The notes: generated by a model not told the origin, from the sequence alone. Positions 35,012 to 46,539 are shown, counted from the first letter of the whole stretch. The stretch is DNA of 63,381 bases, filler included, from Craspedostauros australis (GCA_030167865.1; 24 parts of 24 records of this genome joined end to end with filler, not necessarily neighbours in it); one strand, 5' to 3'. Translations and numbers: made by a program.

Positions 35012-35162
35012 CCGCCCGGCGCTCACTTTTTCCCGTTGTTCCTCTTTTTCTTCCGCTTCTTTCTCTTTTGGGGGGGGACCCTCTTTTTCCGCCGCCTGCG
35101 ACAAAATCAGGGGGCACCAAGAGGAAGATACTCTCCCTCTGCAAGGGGGGATTCCAGCGCTC

Positions 35163-35684
35163 TGTTGAAATGTCCGGGTGCTGTAGACTTGTTGGTAAAA
35201 GTAGACTGTTTCTGTTGAGGGTTGGTAACCTTTTCTCTGTCAGTATTATGAGCTCTTCTATTTCCGATTCTGCTCTCTCTCTCTCTCTGCTGCTCTGCTT
35301 ATCGTGATCTCGTGTTGTACATCAGCCACTCTGTTGATCTTATCTTGTGTATCCATGTTGCTTCCGGCTATGGAGCAATCCCATTCGTACTCGGAACCAT
35401 TGGTGCATTCATCTGTGGTTCCATCTTGCTCACAGATTGCAATGTTGATGTTCCGAATCTGAACACATAAGGACACACATGGGGAGTCCTCCAATGTCAA
35501 GGTGTTTGCAAGTGTCATGTTCAATCTTGCATTCTGCACACTGGGGTAAAGTATTGAGACCACTACATTTGGTCACAGTTTCGGTCGTGGTACAGACACA
35601 CGATTCATCTGACCTCCGCGAGTTTTCAGTCTCGATTCGAGTCCCGCCTTCGTCTGGTCGGTGACGTCATGCCAAATCTCGACA
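35163..35684 (-). repeat. 3' LTR of minus-strand copia element
   Basis: Starts TGTCGAGAT right after the PPT; best matching end ATTTCAACA at 35163. Confidence 0.7.
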
Positions 35685-36979
35685 TCCTCCCTCTGTACCG
35701 CGTCGAACAAGTGGCGTGCGTTATCATACACTTCCTCCACAATGTCCTCCCAATATACGTACCCGTACACCGTACCGTGTCTGATGTTGTTCCCGTGATA
35801 TGTCTGCAGTTTCTCGGTGACATTCTTCGTGAGGATATCGCTTGCGTTGCTCTTTGACCGAACGAATCTCACTGTGATCTTTTGGTCTTGGTAGAGTTCT
35901 CGCACAAAGTGATAGCGAACGTCGATGTGTTTCGTCCTCTGGCTGACTTGCTGATTCTTCACAAGGTAAATCGCCCCCGTGTTATCCTCAAGTATGATGC
36001 CTGGTGTTGTGATGTGGAGTATCTCCTCCATGAGCATTTGGATGAACTTGACTTCCTGTGCTCCAATGCTGAGAGAGACGTACTCTGCTTCGGTGCTTGA
36101 CAGAGTGGTTGCTTGTTGCGTTTTGGAGATCCAGCTAACGATGCTGCCTCCAATGGTGTGGATTCCTCCGCTGACACTTCGGCGTGTATCCTTGTCTGTG
36201 GCGTAGTTGCTGTCCACCATGGATAACACCCGTAGTTCCTTTGGTTTCCGGTAGGTGAGCTTGATGTCATCACCGAGGTAAAGAAGATACCCAACGAAGC
36301 GCTCCAATTCCTTCCATTGTTGCTCTCCTGGGTTCGAGAAGTGTTTGGTGAGCTCTCGAGCTGCGTTTGCTCCTTCTGGTAGTAGCTTCGTCACAAGATA
36401 CATGATCTGTCCCACAATCTTCCGGTACATGTGGTGATGGATGGGTTCCCCTTCATGTTTCATCATGGTGACTCCTGGTGTACCTGGTGTGTTGTACTTC
36501 TTCGCTGGTCTACCGCTGTGTCTCTCGAATGTTGAGGTGATCTTCTGCACAAGGTGATTCATTCTTGCCTCGATGTACTCCTGTCCATTCTCGTCACGAT
36601 GGAACTCGTACATGATTCCAAGATGCTTTTTGAGCTTCCCTTCGTCAGTGAATTGGAAATGCTTTCCGACTTCTGCCTTGAACCAGTTGACCTCGGATTG
36701 TTCACCGATCAGCATGGTGTCATCCACGAAGCACATGACGATGAGTGTTGTCTCGCCATTGACCCGCTTGTAGAAAACGCATGGGTCCGCCTTGGATTGG
36801 GTGAGTCCGGCGTTGACCATCATGTCATGGTAGGTCTTGAACCACTTGATGGCTGCGTCGACATTGCCATACATCGACTTGAGGAGCATGAAGACATTGT
36901 CCGTTCTGTCTTGCTTGGTGACAAAGCCCAGTTCATGTAGTCCCTCAGGTATCTCGATGAAGGTTGGTCGGTCCATGGT
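35573..36979 (-). CDS. pol: Copia RT C-terminus and RNase H (5' partial), reading into the LTR
   Basis: LLKSMYG, DPCVF, FVDD, VDSNYATDKDTRRSVSG, STEAEY, EDNTGAI, TKHIDVRYHFVRE, DILTKN. Confidence 0.95.
   Translation of the reverse strand, partial: TMDRPTFIEIPEGLHELGFVTKQDRTDNVFMLLKSMYGNVDAAIKWFKTYHDMMVNAGLTQSKADPCVFYKRVNGETTLIVMCFVDDTMLIGEQSEVNWFKAEVGKHFQFTDEGKLKKHLGIMYEFHRDENGQEYIEARMNHLVQKITSTFERHSGRPAKKYNTPGTPGVTMMKHEGEPIHHHMYRKIVGQIMYLVTKLLPEGANAARELTKHFSNPGEQQWKELERFVGYLLYLGDDIKLTYRKPKELRVLSMVDSNYATDKDTRRSVSGGIHTIGGSIVSWISKTQQATTLSSTEAEYVSLSIGAQEVKFIQMLMEEILHITTPGIILEDNTGAIYLVKNQQVSQRTKHIDVRYHFVRELYQDQKITVRFVRSKSNASDILTKNVTEKLQTYHGNNIRHGTVYGYVYWEDIVEEVYDNARHLFDAVQREDVEIWHDVTDQTKAGLESRLKTRGGQMNRVSVPRPKL
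35685..35694 (-). promoter_or_regulatory. Polypurine tract AGAGGGAGGA
   Basis: Purine run abutting the TG start of the LTR, after RNase H. Confidence 0.75.
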
Positions 36980-37079
36980 NNNNNNNNNNNNNNNNNNNNN
37001 NNNNNNNNNNNNNNNNNNNNNNNTTAATTAATTAANNNNNNNNNNNNNNNNNNNNNNNNNNNNNNNNNNNNNNNNNNNN

Positions 37080-37604
37080 GATCACAGCACTCCGGACAAC
37101 GATACTGATACCCGCGATGGCGCTCATGACGATGATGATGGCGCTGACCAGCCAACTTCCACCCTCGATGGACAGGACGATCTACAACAGCTGATCCTTG
37201 TGGCCAACGAGTTCGGCTTCTGGCGACTCAAGCTTGTTCTTGAAGCAGAGTTGGCCTGCACTCATCTCACAGAGGACACCATGGTAGATGCGTTGATATT
37301 CGCTGATCAACACAACTGCGTGGTGTTGAAGGATGCAGCAACGAGAATGGCAGCTGCGAATAAACAGAACTTCTTCACTCATCCAGATTTCAGCAAGCTG
37401 ATTCTACATCCCCAACTGATGGGAGAGATCCATGCCATCTGCAATGGGGGAGCGGCAAGCAATGAAGTTGATGACAAGTACAGTGCCATGTCCATGATGG
37501 ATTTGTACAACGTCGTGGATGAAAGCGAGGGTACAGCACAAGTGGATTCATACATGGATCGTGGAACGTTGATGAACTTTGTGCGGTCCGTCGCACCTGG
37601 CTGA
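37080..37604 (+). CDS. BTB/POZ (SPOP-like) protein C-terminal part
   Basis: LILVANEFGFWRLKLVLEAEL..DALIFADQHNCVVLKDAA; open from the contig start. Confidence 0.75.
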   Translation, partial: DHSTPDNDTDTRDGAHDDDDGADQPTSTLDGQDDLQQLILVANEFGFWRLKLVLEAELACTHLTEDTMVDALIFADQHNCVVLKDAATRMAAANKQNFFTHPDFSKLILHPQLMGEIHAICNGGAASNEVDDKYSAMSMMDLYNVVDESEGTAQVDSYMDRGTLMNFVRSVAPG

Positions 37605-38625
37605 GGCCGCTGGCGCTGCCGCTGGAGAAGAGGAGTGAATCACAACAACAGTAGACAGAGACGTGAGCGCGTCATGAAGAAGAGGAAATGAATAGGCTGT
37701 AATCAGAGCAGTAACTACTTCACCATATTTCGTAAGATAGCTATCAGTGATACATCCAATGGTGCGCCCGGCACGTCTTGGATTTCGCCTTTGGCGACTC
37801 GCGCAGCGTGTTGTTCTACGCACGACCGTATCATTCGCAGCACAGCCTGGCTGGCTGGACAGCAAGGCATGCTCTTTGGCCAATACATTGCTGATGATCA
37901 TGCCGCTGAGCTGCAGATGATCCTGGTTGGTGAACAGCACGTTGGTGTACCATACAGCATCATTGGGCAGTGTGGCATGACGACGATAGTCTGGCCACCG
38001 CTGTTGTCGCCGAGATCGTCGTCGCCAATCAAGTGCTTTCCGCGTTCGTTGGTTTCAATGATGTGGGAGGAGTTGTGTGGAAAAGGATGGTGGTATCCGC
38101 TGGCGTCATGCATGGATCGTCGTACTCCACTGCAACTGGACGGCGCAAGATGAATGCATCGCGACTGTTGGCTTGTTGGTGTTGCTTCCGCCGTTGTTGG
38201 ATGGCATCACGCAAGGCGCAAGCGCACGCCAGCTGCCACATGGGCTCCAGATGCAGCCGGCAAGGATGGCGAGCCATGGGACAAGTTGCTGATGCTGTAG
38301 CAGATGATTTCTCCGACTTGTGGATCCGATGACACGGTGCCTCCATCTCATCGTTTGCAGCTGTGGCTGCGATGCATCGCTTTGAGCTTCAGCATGAGCC
38401 GGCGTTGGCGGTAATGGTGCGTGCAGTGGTGGCTGTAATAGAAGGAGTATCTCCGAACAGCTGATACTACAGGTCCTGAAGAAGTTGCTGCGTCCGATCT
38501 CATGAATGCACTCGTCTAGCAGGTATTGAATCTCAGCTGTCGACGGCGCATCCAGCGTGGGCGCTGCTGCTGATCATGTGATTGTTTACCTATGCAATTG
38601 CCTTGATATCCGTAAGGAATTTTTC

Positions 38626-39024
38626 GGGACTGAGGAGTCCACTTACGGCTAAGTGGATTCCTCAGTCCACTTACCATTTTTGTTGTTTCGTAAGTGGACT
38701 CCTCAGTCCAGTTACCGTAAGTGGACTGAGGAGTCCACTTACGACCACAAAAAAAGTAGTCGAATTTCGCTCATCTGAGAAAAGACCACTTCGACCACCC
38801 CACCCTGTCACATTTTTTGGATTCTTCGTGTTGTTGCGTGTAAACTTGCGCACACAGCGATTTTGCATTGAGACGCACCTCCTCCGTTCCTTCCTTACAC
38901 AAATGCTCTCTCCATCCCCACAATAACAGCAATCAACGCTGACTCTACTCTGCATTATATTGTCTTTCTCTACTGTTATGATACTGTTGTGCTACTGTTA
39001 TGCTACAGTCATCCTTGCGAGCCT
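38626..39024. repeat. Palindromic transposon-end repeat, paralog of 41703-42016
   Basis: About 330 bp of similarity; hairpins at 38627-38668 and 38688-38744. Confidence 0.85.
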
Positions 39025-39125
39025 NNNNNNNNNNNNNNNNNNNNNNNNNNNNNNNNNNNNNNNNNNNNTTAATTAATTAANNNNNNNNNNNNNNNNNNNN
39101 NNNNNNNNNNNNNNNNNNNNNNNNA

Positions 39126-40115
39126 TTGGCTGCTAAACACCCACTCAAAGTTCCATTCGACGAATGCATCGAATTGGACAAGTCCTTCGTGGAGATGAAA
39201 CAGCTCCACGACATCCCTCTTGTGACACATTGTGTGGGTTTGTATTTTTGTGATCTTGTTGATTGCGACAAGCTCATGTTCAACATCTCCCAAAACTCCA
39301 AATACGTTGACTTTAATGAGTGTAAGCTCGCCAATGGGGGTGCCGATTTGTGCAGATGGCTGTCTCCAAACAACTGCGGCATCACCAGAGTATCCTTTGA
39401 TAGCACCCGTATCACTTGCGATAGCTTGGCAAAGCTACTCCAGTCAAACAAGCGCATCAACCAGCTCGAAATCGATTGGTCGCGGCTCTCTAACGGCCAA
39501 CGAATCTACTCACAACAAGAAATCGAGCGGATCATCAAACTCCTTTCAGATGCATCACACCTGAAGAGCCTAGAGGTTTCCAATCTTTGGAACGCGCTAT
39601 CGCGACAACAGCAGGGTGCATGGTTCGACATTTTGATATCGCTCCTGGGAAACAAGAGCTTGTCATGTCTCACATACTGGGAAATGTGGAAGCCCGACAT
39701 GTCCACGGTTCCGCCTGAGACCCTCTCAGCACAAATGGAAGCATTTCAGCAAGCCTTGGAGCAGACTACCCAACTCACCTATCTCCGCATTCGACCACAC
39801 CCGCCTGGCAAACATGCCCATTGGTACTATGCACTTGTTAAACGTATCTTGCGGCGAAATTATTGCAACAAGGTGAGAGCAGCACTGTGTTCCCTTCCAA
39901 CATGGTCGCGGCCGCTGGCCCTGTTTGGGAAGATGCTGATGACAAGACGCCGACGTTGGAATATATTGGGTGCAAAGGATCCCATGAGCGAGACTTTCCA
40001 TCTTCTTCTGCAGGGCAGTGAGATGTTGAAGCAGGCATGGGACGACAAGAGAGCGGGTCAGCTCGTCCAAGTTGAGAAGGATCCCACTGCCCGAGAGAAG
40101 AACCAGCAAGGCTGA
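39126..40115 (+). CDS. RNI/LRR-like hypothetical protein, 5' partial
   Basis: 329-aa open frame with LxxLxL-type spacing (INQLEID, LKSLEVS, LSCLTY, LTYLRI). Confidence 0.55.
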   Translation: MAAKHPLKVPFDECIELDKSFVEMKQLHDIPLVTHCVGLYFCDLVDCDKLMFNISQNSKYVDFNECKLANGGADLCRWLSPNNCGITRVSFDSTRITCDSLAKLLQSNKRINQLEIDWSRLSNGQRIYSQQEIERIIKLLSDASHLKSLEVSNLWNALSRQQQGAWFDILISLLGNKSLSCLTYWEMWKPDMSTVPPETLSAQMEAFQQALEQTTQLTYLRIRPHPPGKHAHWYYALVKRILRRNYCNKVRAALCSLPTWSRPLALFGKMLMTRRRRWNILGAKDPMSETFHLLLQGSEMLKQAWDDKRAGQLVQVEKDPTAREKNQQG

Positions 40116-40390
40116 GATGTCGCCTGGAATAGATCAAAGCGCTTCTGCCAGAGCATCGGAAGTGATAACGGACTGGCCATACTCGTCAAAGCGACGAAGG
40201 TTCCTCTTGACAGTTTGCAAAGCAAGGCGGAGTGCACCGATGATTGAGATAGTACGAGTACGTTCGATGTCACGAGTACAATAGGATACTTTGCAGCCTT
40301 ACTCCGAATAATTATAATGCGTTGGTCGAGCATGGGCGTACTCGATGCATGTGTGCTCGTGGTCGTGGCACAGGATAAGGGAGATGGTTG

Positions 40391-40415
40391 GTTGATCAGT
40401 TGATTGATTGATCAG

Positions 40416-40486
<71 letters not shown>
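40391..40486. repeat. (GATT)n microsatellite
   Basis: Directly visible. Confidence 0.95.
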
Positions 40487-40487
<1 letters not shown>

Positions 40488-40629
40488 GAGGTGTTCGCTT
40501 GTGATTATGATTGCGATTGTGTGTTGTGGTTTGTGAGAAGTATGGAATGTCTAGATCGTACGAGTATGGCTAGTCCATCAACAACAAGCGAAAGCCGTCC
40601 ATAGAACCTATCTGCACCACATCGCGATT

Positions 40630-41252
40630 TCACATCGCCATTTCACACAGCTCCATACATTCTCGTATCCTCAGAATGGCAGCATCCAGAAAGATCTTCT
40701 TCGCAACGCCCATCTTGTCCGTGATGAAGAAGAACACATCCCGGAACTTGGCAAACGATCCCAACGAGGTCTCTCGGTACCCCAATACACCAGCCTTGGC
40801 CATGATGCCGATGATGGCCATGATCTCGTGGTGGTGGACCGTCGCTTGTCCTTGGATTCTGTCTGCAGGATGTCTTCGAGGCTGTTCCCGCCATTGGCTT
40901 GTTCATCGTACTGCATGGTATGCTGCTGAATGGCGTTGACCAGGAAGCATGCGTCTTGGATGGCCTGATTGGCGCTCTGTCCAAGGAATGGTGGCATGGC
41001 GTGCGCCGCATCACCGCAGACAGTCAGGATGGCGACCTTGTCTGCGCCGGTGCTTCCATTACAGTCACAGTTGCGATTTCCGTTGGTGGCCATCATCGAT
41101 CTGGTCCATCGCGCAAAGGTATTGTGGAGCTAGACCCCCAACTCGAAGAAACGATCGGCCTTGTCGATGAGTCGATCGATGATGGTCCTTGTGGCGTGCG
41201 TGGAGGTCTTGGCATCATCGATCTGCTGTCACATCTGTTGCTGGATGCGCTC
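40630..41252 (-). pseudogene. FAD-dependent monooxygenase C-terminal part with apparent frameshift near 40826
   Basis: CGDAAHAMPPFLGQSANQAIQDA motif; C-terminus continues in ORF 40630-40821. Confidence 0.7.
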
Positions 41253-41698
41253 NNNNNNNNNNNNNNNNNNNNNNNNNNNNNNNNNNNNNNNNNNNNTTAA
41301 TTAATTAANNNNNNNNNNNNNNNNNNNNNNNNNNNNNNNNNNNNNNNNNNNNCGTCGAACACAGCATAGGGGGGACGTCGAGCACACCATGGACGGGACG
41401 TCCAAACACCGATCCTGCCATGGTTTGAACGTGTTTCGGATCTAAACACCATGTTTGCCGCCGATCTCAACGGTGTCGCAGAAGACGCTAAATATCTTAC
41501 CACGGAGCATCGCGAGAAAATCTTTTGGCCGGCCGGCGCGATGACCCAACTNNNNNNNNNNNNNNNNNNNNNNNNNNNNNNNNNNNNNNNNNNNGTCTTG
41601 AGGGTTGTGTAGGGTCCTCACATATAGGGCTATCGATGTGTGAAGTTTAAGAGGCAGCAATTTGGAATCATCGGGGAATATCCATCGATCCTGTTGAA

Positions 41699-43330
41699 CC
41701 CGGGTCGTAAGTGGACTCCTCAATCCAGTTACCGTAAGTGGACTGAGGAGTCCACTTACGACCACAAAAAAGTAGTCGAATTTTGCTCATCTGAGAAAAG
41801 ACTACTTCGACCACACCACCCTGTCACATTTTTTGGATTCTTCGTGTTGTTGCGAGTAAACTTGTGCACACAGCGATTTTGCATTGAGACGCACCTCATT
41901 CATTCTTTCCTTCCACAAATGCTCTCGCCATCCCTACAATAACAGCGATCAACACTGACTCAACCCTGCATTGTATTGTCTTTCTCTACTGTGATGCTAC
42001 AGTCATCCTTGCAAGCCGCTTGTGCATGGAATACATCAGTGTGCATTATATGTATTGTGTATCATCGTTTCCGCTTCCTTCCGCGCAGACCATGAGTTAT
42101 GACCTCTGTGTCTCTGCTTTGGATCCTGGCTTTGGCGGCTGCCCTGTGCGCAGCCTGTATCGCCGCTTCCAGATTCAAGACAGGTGCCCTTGGGCTAATT
42201 CTTGTGGCTGCGTTTGCTTGGTTTGTCTCAGCAGTGGTTGCTTCGCCGTTGGCATCGTCTTTGCTTTTGTTTCTCATCTCTCTTCCTATCTCTGTGGCTG
42301 CTTCTGTTGCTGCGGTGGTTGTCTTGTCTGCGCTTGCACTGATAGAGGCGTTCATTGTCATGGCTTTTTCCCGTTGACGCTGGGCCTTTACCTTATCTGC
42401 CCATTCCACGGGCTCCTGGTGCACAATTCGATGGCAGGAGTTCTGAATAATGATTGCGTCCGCTCCCTTTGCGATATTTCTTAGTGCCACAGTTGGGGCA
42501 ATGTCACATTTTGCAAGCCACTCCTGTTTGTCAGGTTCGATGTATCCGCAGGCATACAAGTTGCATCCTGGACAGATCCAGTGTGTACGTGCTGAACAGA
42601 CAACACAGGTCCCCCTCACATCTGGACAGTATCTTGCTGCATGCTCACCCTGCCGCAACCGTTTGGTCATCTTGATCTCCTCCTCGGACTCCATCGTGGA
42701 TAGGCTGGCAAGAATTCCTTTCACTTTTGATGGTCTTTGGGGAGATCCCTGTGGTTGCATCTTGCCATCTTCGACGGCTGGTACGCCTGCTGGAATGATA
42801 ACAGTTTTGTGGACCACCATCTCCGTGCCTCCCTTTTGTTTCTTGCTCTTTCTTTTGTCTGCAGCCGCGACTGCGAGCAACTTGCGCAACCGGGCGATGA
42901 TTCGTCCCATCGACCTGTTCACACTCCACTCATGATTTGCTCTGTTGCGGTAGTGTTCAATGGTGTCTGTGTGGTCTGTTCCAATTTCACGCTCGGATTG
43001 TGCCTCTGTTGTGTGCTGAATCAATCGGTGCAGCACCACAAATATGGTTTGTAGCTGTCGACCGACTGCTACGCACTGAACCGTTGCAATGGGCGGGGGC
43101 GCTTCGTGCTGCCGGATCAGTTTTGTTGTTATGTCGGACCCACCCTTCAGGCAGTTCCATACAGCGCAGTTCAGGGGGAGGAAGGTCTTCACTGGAGGTA
43201 CTGGGAAAGCAAGATTGTTGTGGCAGGTTTGCCAAATCTTCTGGTGATGGAATAGGTCATCCGCTGTGAGGTTCCACAGGTTCTTGCTCGCTCCACGGAA
43301 CTTGTTCGTCTTTGGGTTCAGCTTGAGGAA
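41699..43330 (-). mobile_element. piggyBac-like DNA transposon 3' half with hairpin terminus
   Basis: Transposase-like ORF; TGAA|CCC.. end resembling TTAA|CCC; 61-bp palindrome at 41703-41763. Confidence 0.6.
42062..43330 (-). CDS. piggyBac-like transposase C-terminal part
   Basis: Frame open to the contig edge; WNCLKGGSD (cf. YNxxKGGVD) and Cys-rich CVVC..T..ICPGC..AC..C..H. Confidence 0.62.
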   Translation of the reverse strand, partial: FLKLNPKTNKFRGASKNLWNLTADDLFHHQKIWQTCHNNLAFPVPPVKTFLPLNCAVWNCLKGGSDITTKLIRQHEAPPPIATVQCVAVGRQLQTIFVVLHRLIQHTTEAQSEREIGTDHTDTIEHYRNRANHEWSVNRSMGRIIARLRKLLAVAAADKRKSKKQKGGTEMVVHKTVIIPAGVPAVEDGKMQPQGSPQRPSKVKGILASLSTMESEEEIKMTKRLRQGEHAARYCPDVRGTCVVCSARTHWICPGCNLYACGYIEPDKQEWLAKCDIAPTVALRNIAKGADAIIIQNSCHRIVHQEPVEWADKVKAQRQREKAMTMNASISASADKTTTAATEAATEIGREMRNKSKDDANGEATTAETNQANAATRISPRAPVLNLEAAIQAAHRAAAKARIQSRDTEVITHGLRGRKRKR

Positions 43331-44552
43331 NNNNNNNNNNNNNNNNNNNNNNNNNNNNNNNNNNNNNNNNNNNNTTAATTAATTAANNNNNNNNNNNNNN
43401 NNNNNNNNNNNNNNNNNNNNNNNNNNNNNNGCAACCCATGTTCACAACTGCCAAGAATGATCGCATGCTGACGATCGCGTTGCTCGCAACAGTACATGCC
43501 ATTCAATGAGGTAGATAGTTACCTCCCGATTGATCCTCCCTCGATTCGCCTCTATCACAACCAAACACTGGTTGTTGTCCGCAAGCAGCGTCGCAAGAGC
43601 CAAGTTATCGCGTGATTCTGGCCTCTTTTGTGCCCTTCGTGATACAATGCACCGACACAACTCTCACATGTGTATGAGTGAGATTTAGAAGGCAAAGCAC
43701 AACTATGGCATTGAAATAGCGTTACGACAACACTGCAATAGCCTCGCAATGGCCTCAGGCTTAGTCATATATCCAAGCAAACGACAGCCAAAATCGCCCA
43801 CAAAGTGGCCACCAAATCGATTCTTCTCGCATTTCGCAATTGACCGGCATGCTCTGAGCAACGCAGAGAAGTACATGATGCATCTCCATCAATTGCAACC
43901 AACACATACCGAGTAACACTCCCGTGGCTTGAACACCGAGCGCTTTCGAAGCAATGAACACAAGAGTGTATTACAACCCAACTCTCTCGAGAGCATGGAT
44001 TTCTGGAGGCATCGCTCCATTCACATCATTGCAACCGTTGATTGTGTAATCCCACACAATTCCAAACCAAAGAAAGCATCGACAGGCTATCCTACACTAT
44101 CCTTCCATACATCTTCCATACATCTTCCATACATCTCCCATACATCGTCCAGACGAGCATCCACATCTCAGGTTGGAGCGATCTCTCAGGAGGTCAAACA
44201 ATAAATCCCGACGGTCGCACACTCACAAAGACTGACGAAAACGAGAAACACTATCGGTGACGACGACGGCGAAGAAGGGAGCGACCAAGCAATTGATCCA
44301 GGAGAGAGGGCGACCAAGGAAACGCAGCAGCGGCAGTGCACGTATCGGTTGCGTCCACTGAGTGACTGAGTGTGTGCGAGAGACGCCAATCCAGGCATTG
44401 AACGCATAGATTCAGGCGCATGTGACTGCGACGGCAACTCCAGCTTCGATTCTAGTCACAACAACGCAACCAGCAATACCACCAGCACATCATCAACTGC
44501 ACCAACATCAAGATCAATACTCATACTCATACAAGAACAGCATACATGCACA

Positions 44553-45209
44553 ATGGCCATCCCACAAAGCCCATCGCAAAAGTCACCCCGCTCTGTGAAT
44601 CGTTCACAGAGAGCCGCACCTTCGACGCCCGCTCCCGTGTTCAACACCAAGCGCAGGCAGAGGAGGACACCGACCTCCCAGGAGCATCGGGAAGCCACAC
44701 TGCAGCAGCAACGCCGAACCTCGCTGCCATCCTCGCCTATTCCAAGATCGAACAGGCGAGAAGTGCTACATCCAGCAACGCCGCCACCTGCCGCGGCAAT
44801 TCGCAGTGCGCAGTGCAGCTCGGATTCAATGGTCGCCCACGCTCGATCGCAGCAGGTCGTAGCGGAGACCCGGCGAAGGAGAAACACGGTGCAGTTCACT
44901 CAGATGCCGGATATCTTCGAGTTCCCCATCACTCTCCACGCACCCTGCAGCATGGACGTGCAACCACTCAAGTCATGCCTTTCGTCCGAGTCCTGGTCTG
45001 CAAGAGCCGAGACGTTGAGGGTCCGATTCTCGACCGTCCAAGTCCAGGAGATGCAGGCCATCTTGGATACCGGCGGCGCCATGGTTCCGTCCGGTGGGGC
45101 GCCCTTGTCCATGGGGTGGAAGCCAAAGCGCAGATGGGCGGTCTCTGTGGACTGCGTCGAACATCAACGGCACAACATCGTCATGCACATGGCCTCATTC
45201 AGCGAATCG
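44553..45209 (+). CDS. Hypothetical protein with KSCL and VRFxxVxV..VPSGG.PLSMGW (CSRNP-N/PP1-docking-like) motif, 3' partial
   Basis: Motif seen in ORF 44370-45257. Confidence 0.55.
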
Positions 45210-45309
45210 NNNNNNNNNNNNNNNNNNNNNNNNNNNNNNNNNNNNNNNNNNNNTTAATTAATTAANNNNNNNNNNNNNNNNNNNNNNNNNNNNNNNNNNN
45301 NNNNNNNNN

Positions 45310-45591
45310 TCGTCATCTGAGGTTTAGTTGGGAAGTACCTCGAGATTCTCTTGGTACCATTGATGGATGGACGGACGATCTTCCAATTCTCTCGGAAATC
45401 GTCATTTGCAAATTTCCTCCAGAAATCTTGCCCCTTTTCGTGTGTTCCATTTCCCCTGTAATTCTGACGAATCACAGTATACTATCGACACGAATGTAGT
45501 TATACCGTCCAAGTGTGTATGAGAGAATAGCGGGTGAACGATGCACATATACTCGTACATCTCGACATATACTCACATGTACATCTCGACA
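45310..45591 (-). repeat. LTR family A 5' portion inserted into a copia RT
   Basis: Reverse-complement similarity to ~5215-5446; begins TGTCGAGATG on the minus strand. Confidence 0.8.
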
Positions 45592-46439
45592 CTCAAGAAT
45601 ATCAACTTCAAACAGAGCGCAGCAGACCCGTGCCTGTTCTGCAGGAAGACGAACGAAGGAAGCATGATCGTGGCCATTTACGTGGACGATTGCTTCTGCT
45701 GCGGAGACTCCAAGGCATTGGAGACATTCCTGAAGAACATCCAAGGCAGCAAATTCAAGGTAACAATCGAGCGCGGACTCGGAGACTACCTCAGCTGCAA
45801 CATCGAACTGAACCATGACAAGACCAGAGCGACATTGCGTCAACCACATCTCATCCGACATCTCATCGAAGAGTTCGGGACCAAGGTTGAGAAGATGCAA
45901 CGCTACGCGACACCGGGAACCCCGGGTCAAATCATAGTACGACCATCCGAAGACAACGGACTACAAAAGGTCGGACCGGAAGAACATGAAGAATACCGCC
46001 GAGGCGTCGGCATGCTACTCTTCCTCATCAAGCACTCGCGACCAGATATCGCGAACCCTGTGAGAGAACTCTCCAAGGTATTGATCGGGCCCACCAAGGC
46101 NNNNNNNNNNNNNNNNNNNNGGATCATCAAGTATGTGATCGATACAAAGGACTATGGATTGAAGATCCATCCAGCGCGTCCAGACGACGACGGCTGGGAC
46201 ATGGAGCTCTTTTGCGATAGCGAATATGCAGGAGATAAGAACACGAGAATCAGCGTAGGGGGATTCATCCTATACCTGTGCAAGGTGCCAATCCTTTGGC
46301 GATCCAAGGCACAGAAGGCCGTCACACTCAGCTCATCCGAAGCAGAATACGTTGTCCTTTCCGAAGCGGCAAAGGAGATCTTCTTCGTCGTGCAGCTACT
46401 CGAAAGTGTGGGCGTCCCAGTGAAGACGCCGATCAAGGT
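45592..46439 (+). CDS. pol: Copia RT/RNase H fragment
   Basis: DPCLF, IYVDD, SRPDIA, FCDSEYAGD, LSSSEAEY. Confidence 0.93.
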
Positions 46440-46539
46440 NNNNNNNNNNNNNNNNNNNNNNNNNNNNNNNNNNNNNNNNNNNNTTAATTAATTAANNNNN
46501 NNNNNNNNNNNNNNNNNNNNNNNNNNNNNNNNNNNNNNN

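Larger units (their letters stand above)
27557..35162 (+). mobile_element. Tyrosine-recombinase (DIRS-like) retrotransposon; boundaries approximate
   Basis: Three co-oriented ORFs: gag-like, RT/RNase H/MT, and YR overlapping the pol end. Confidence 0.9.
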
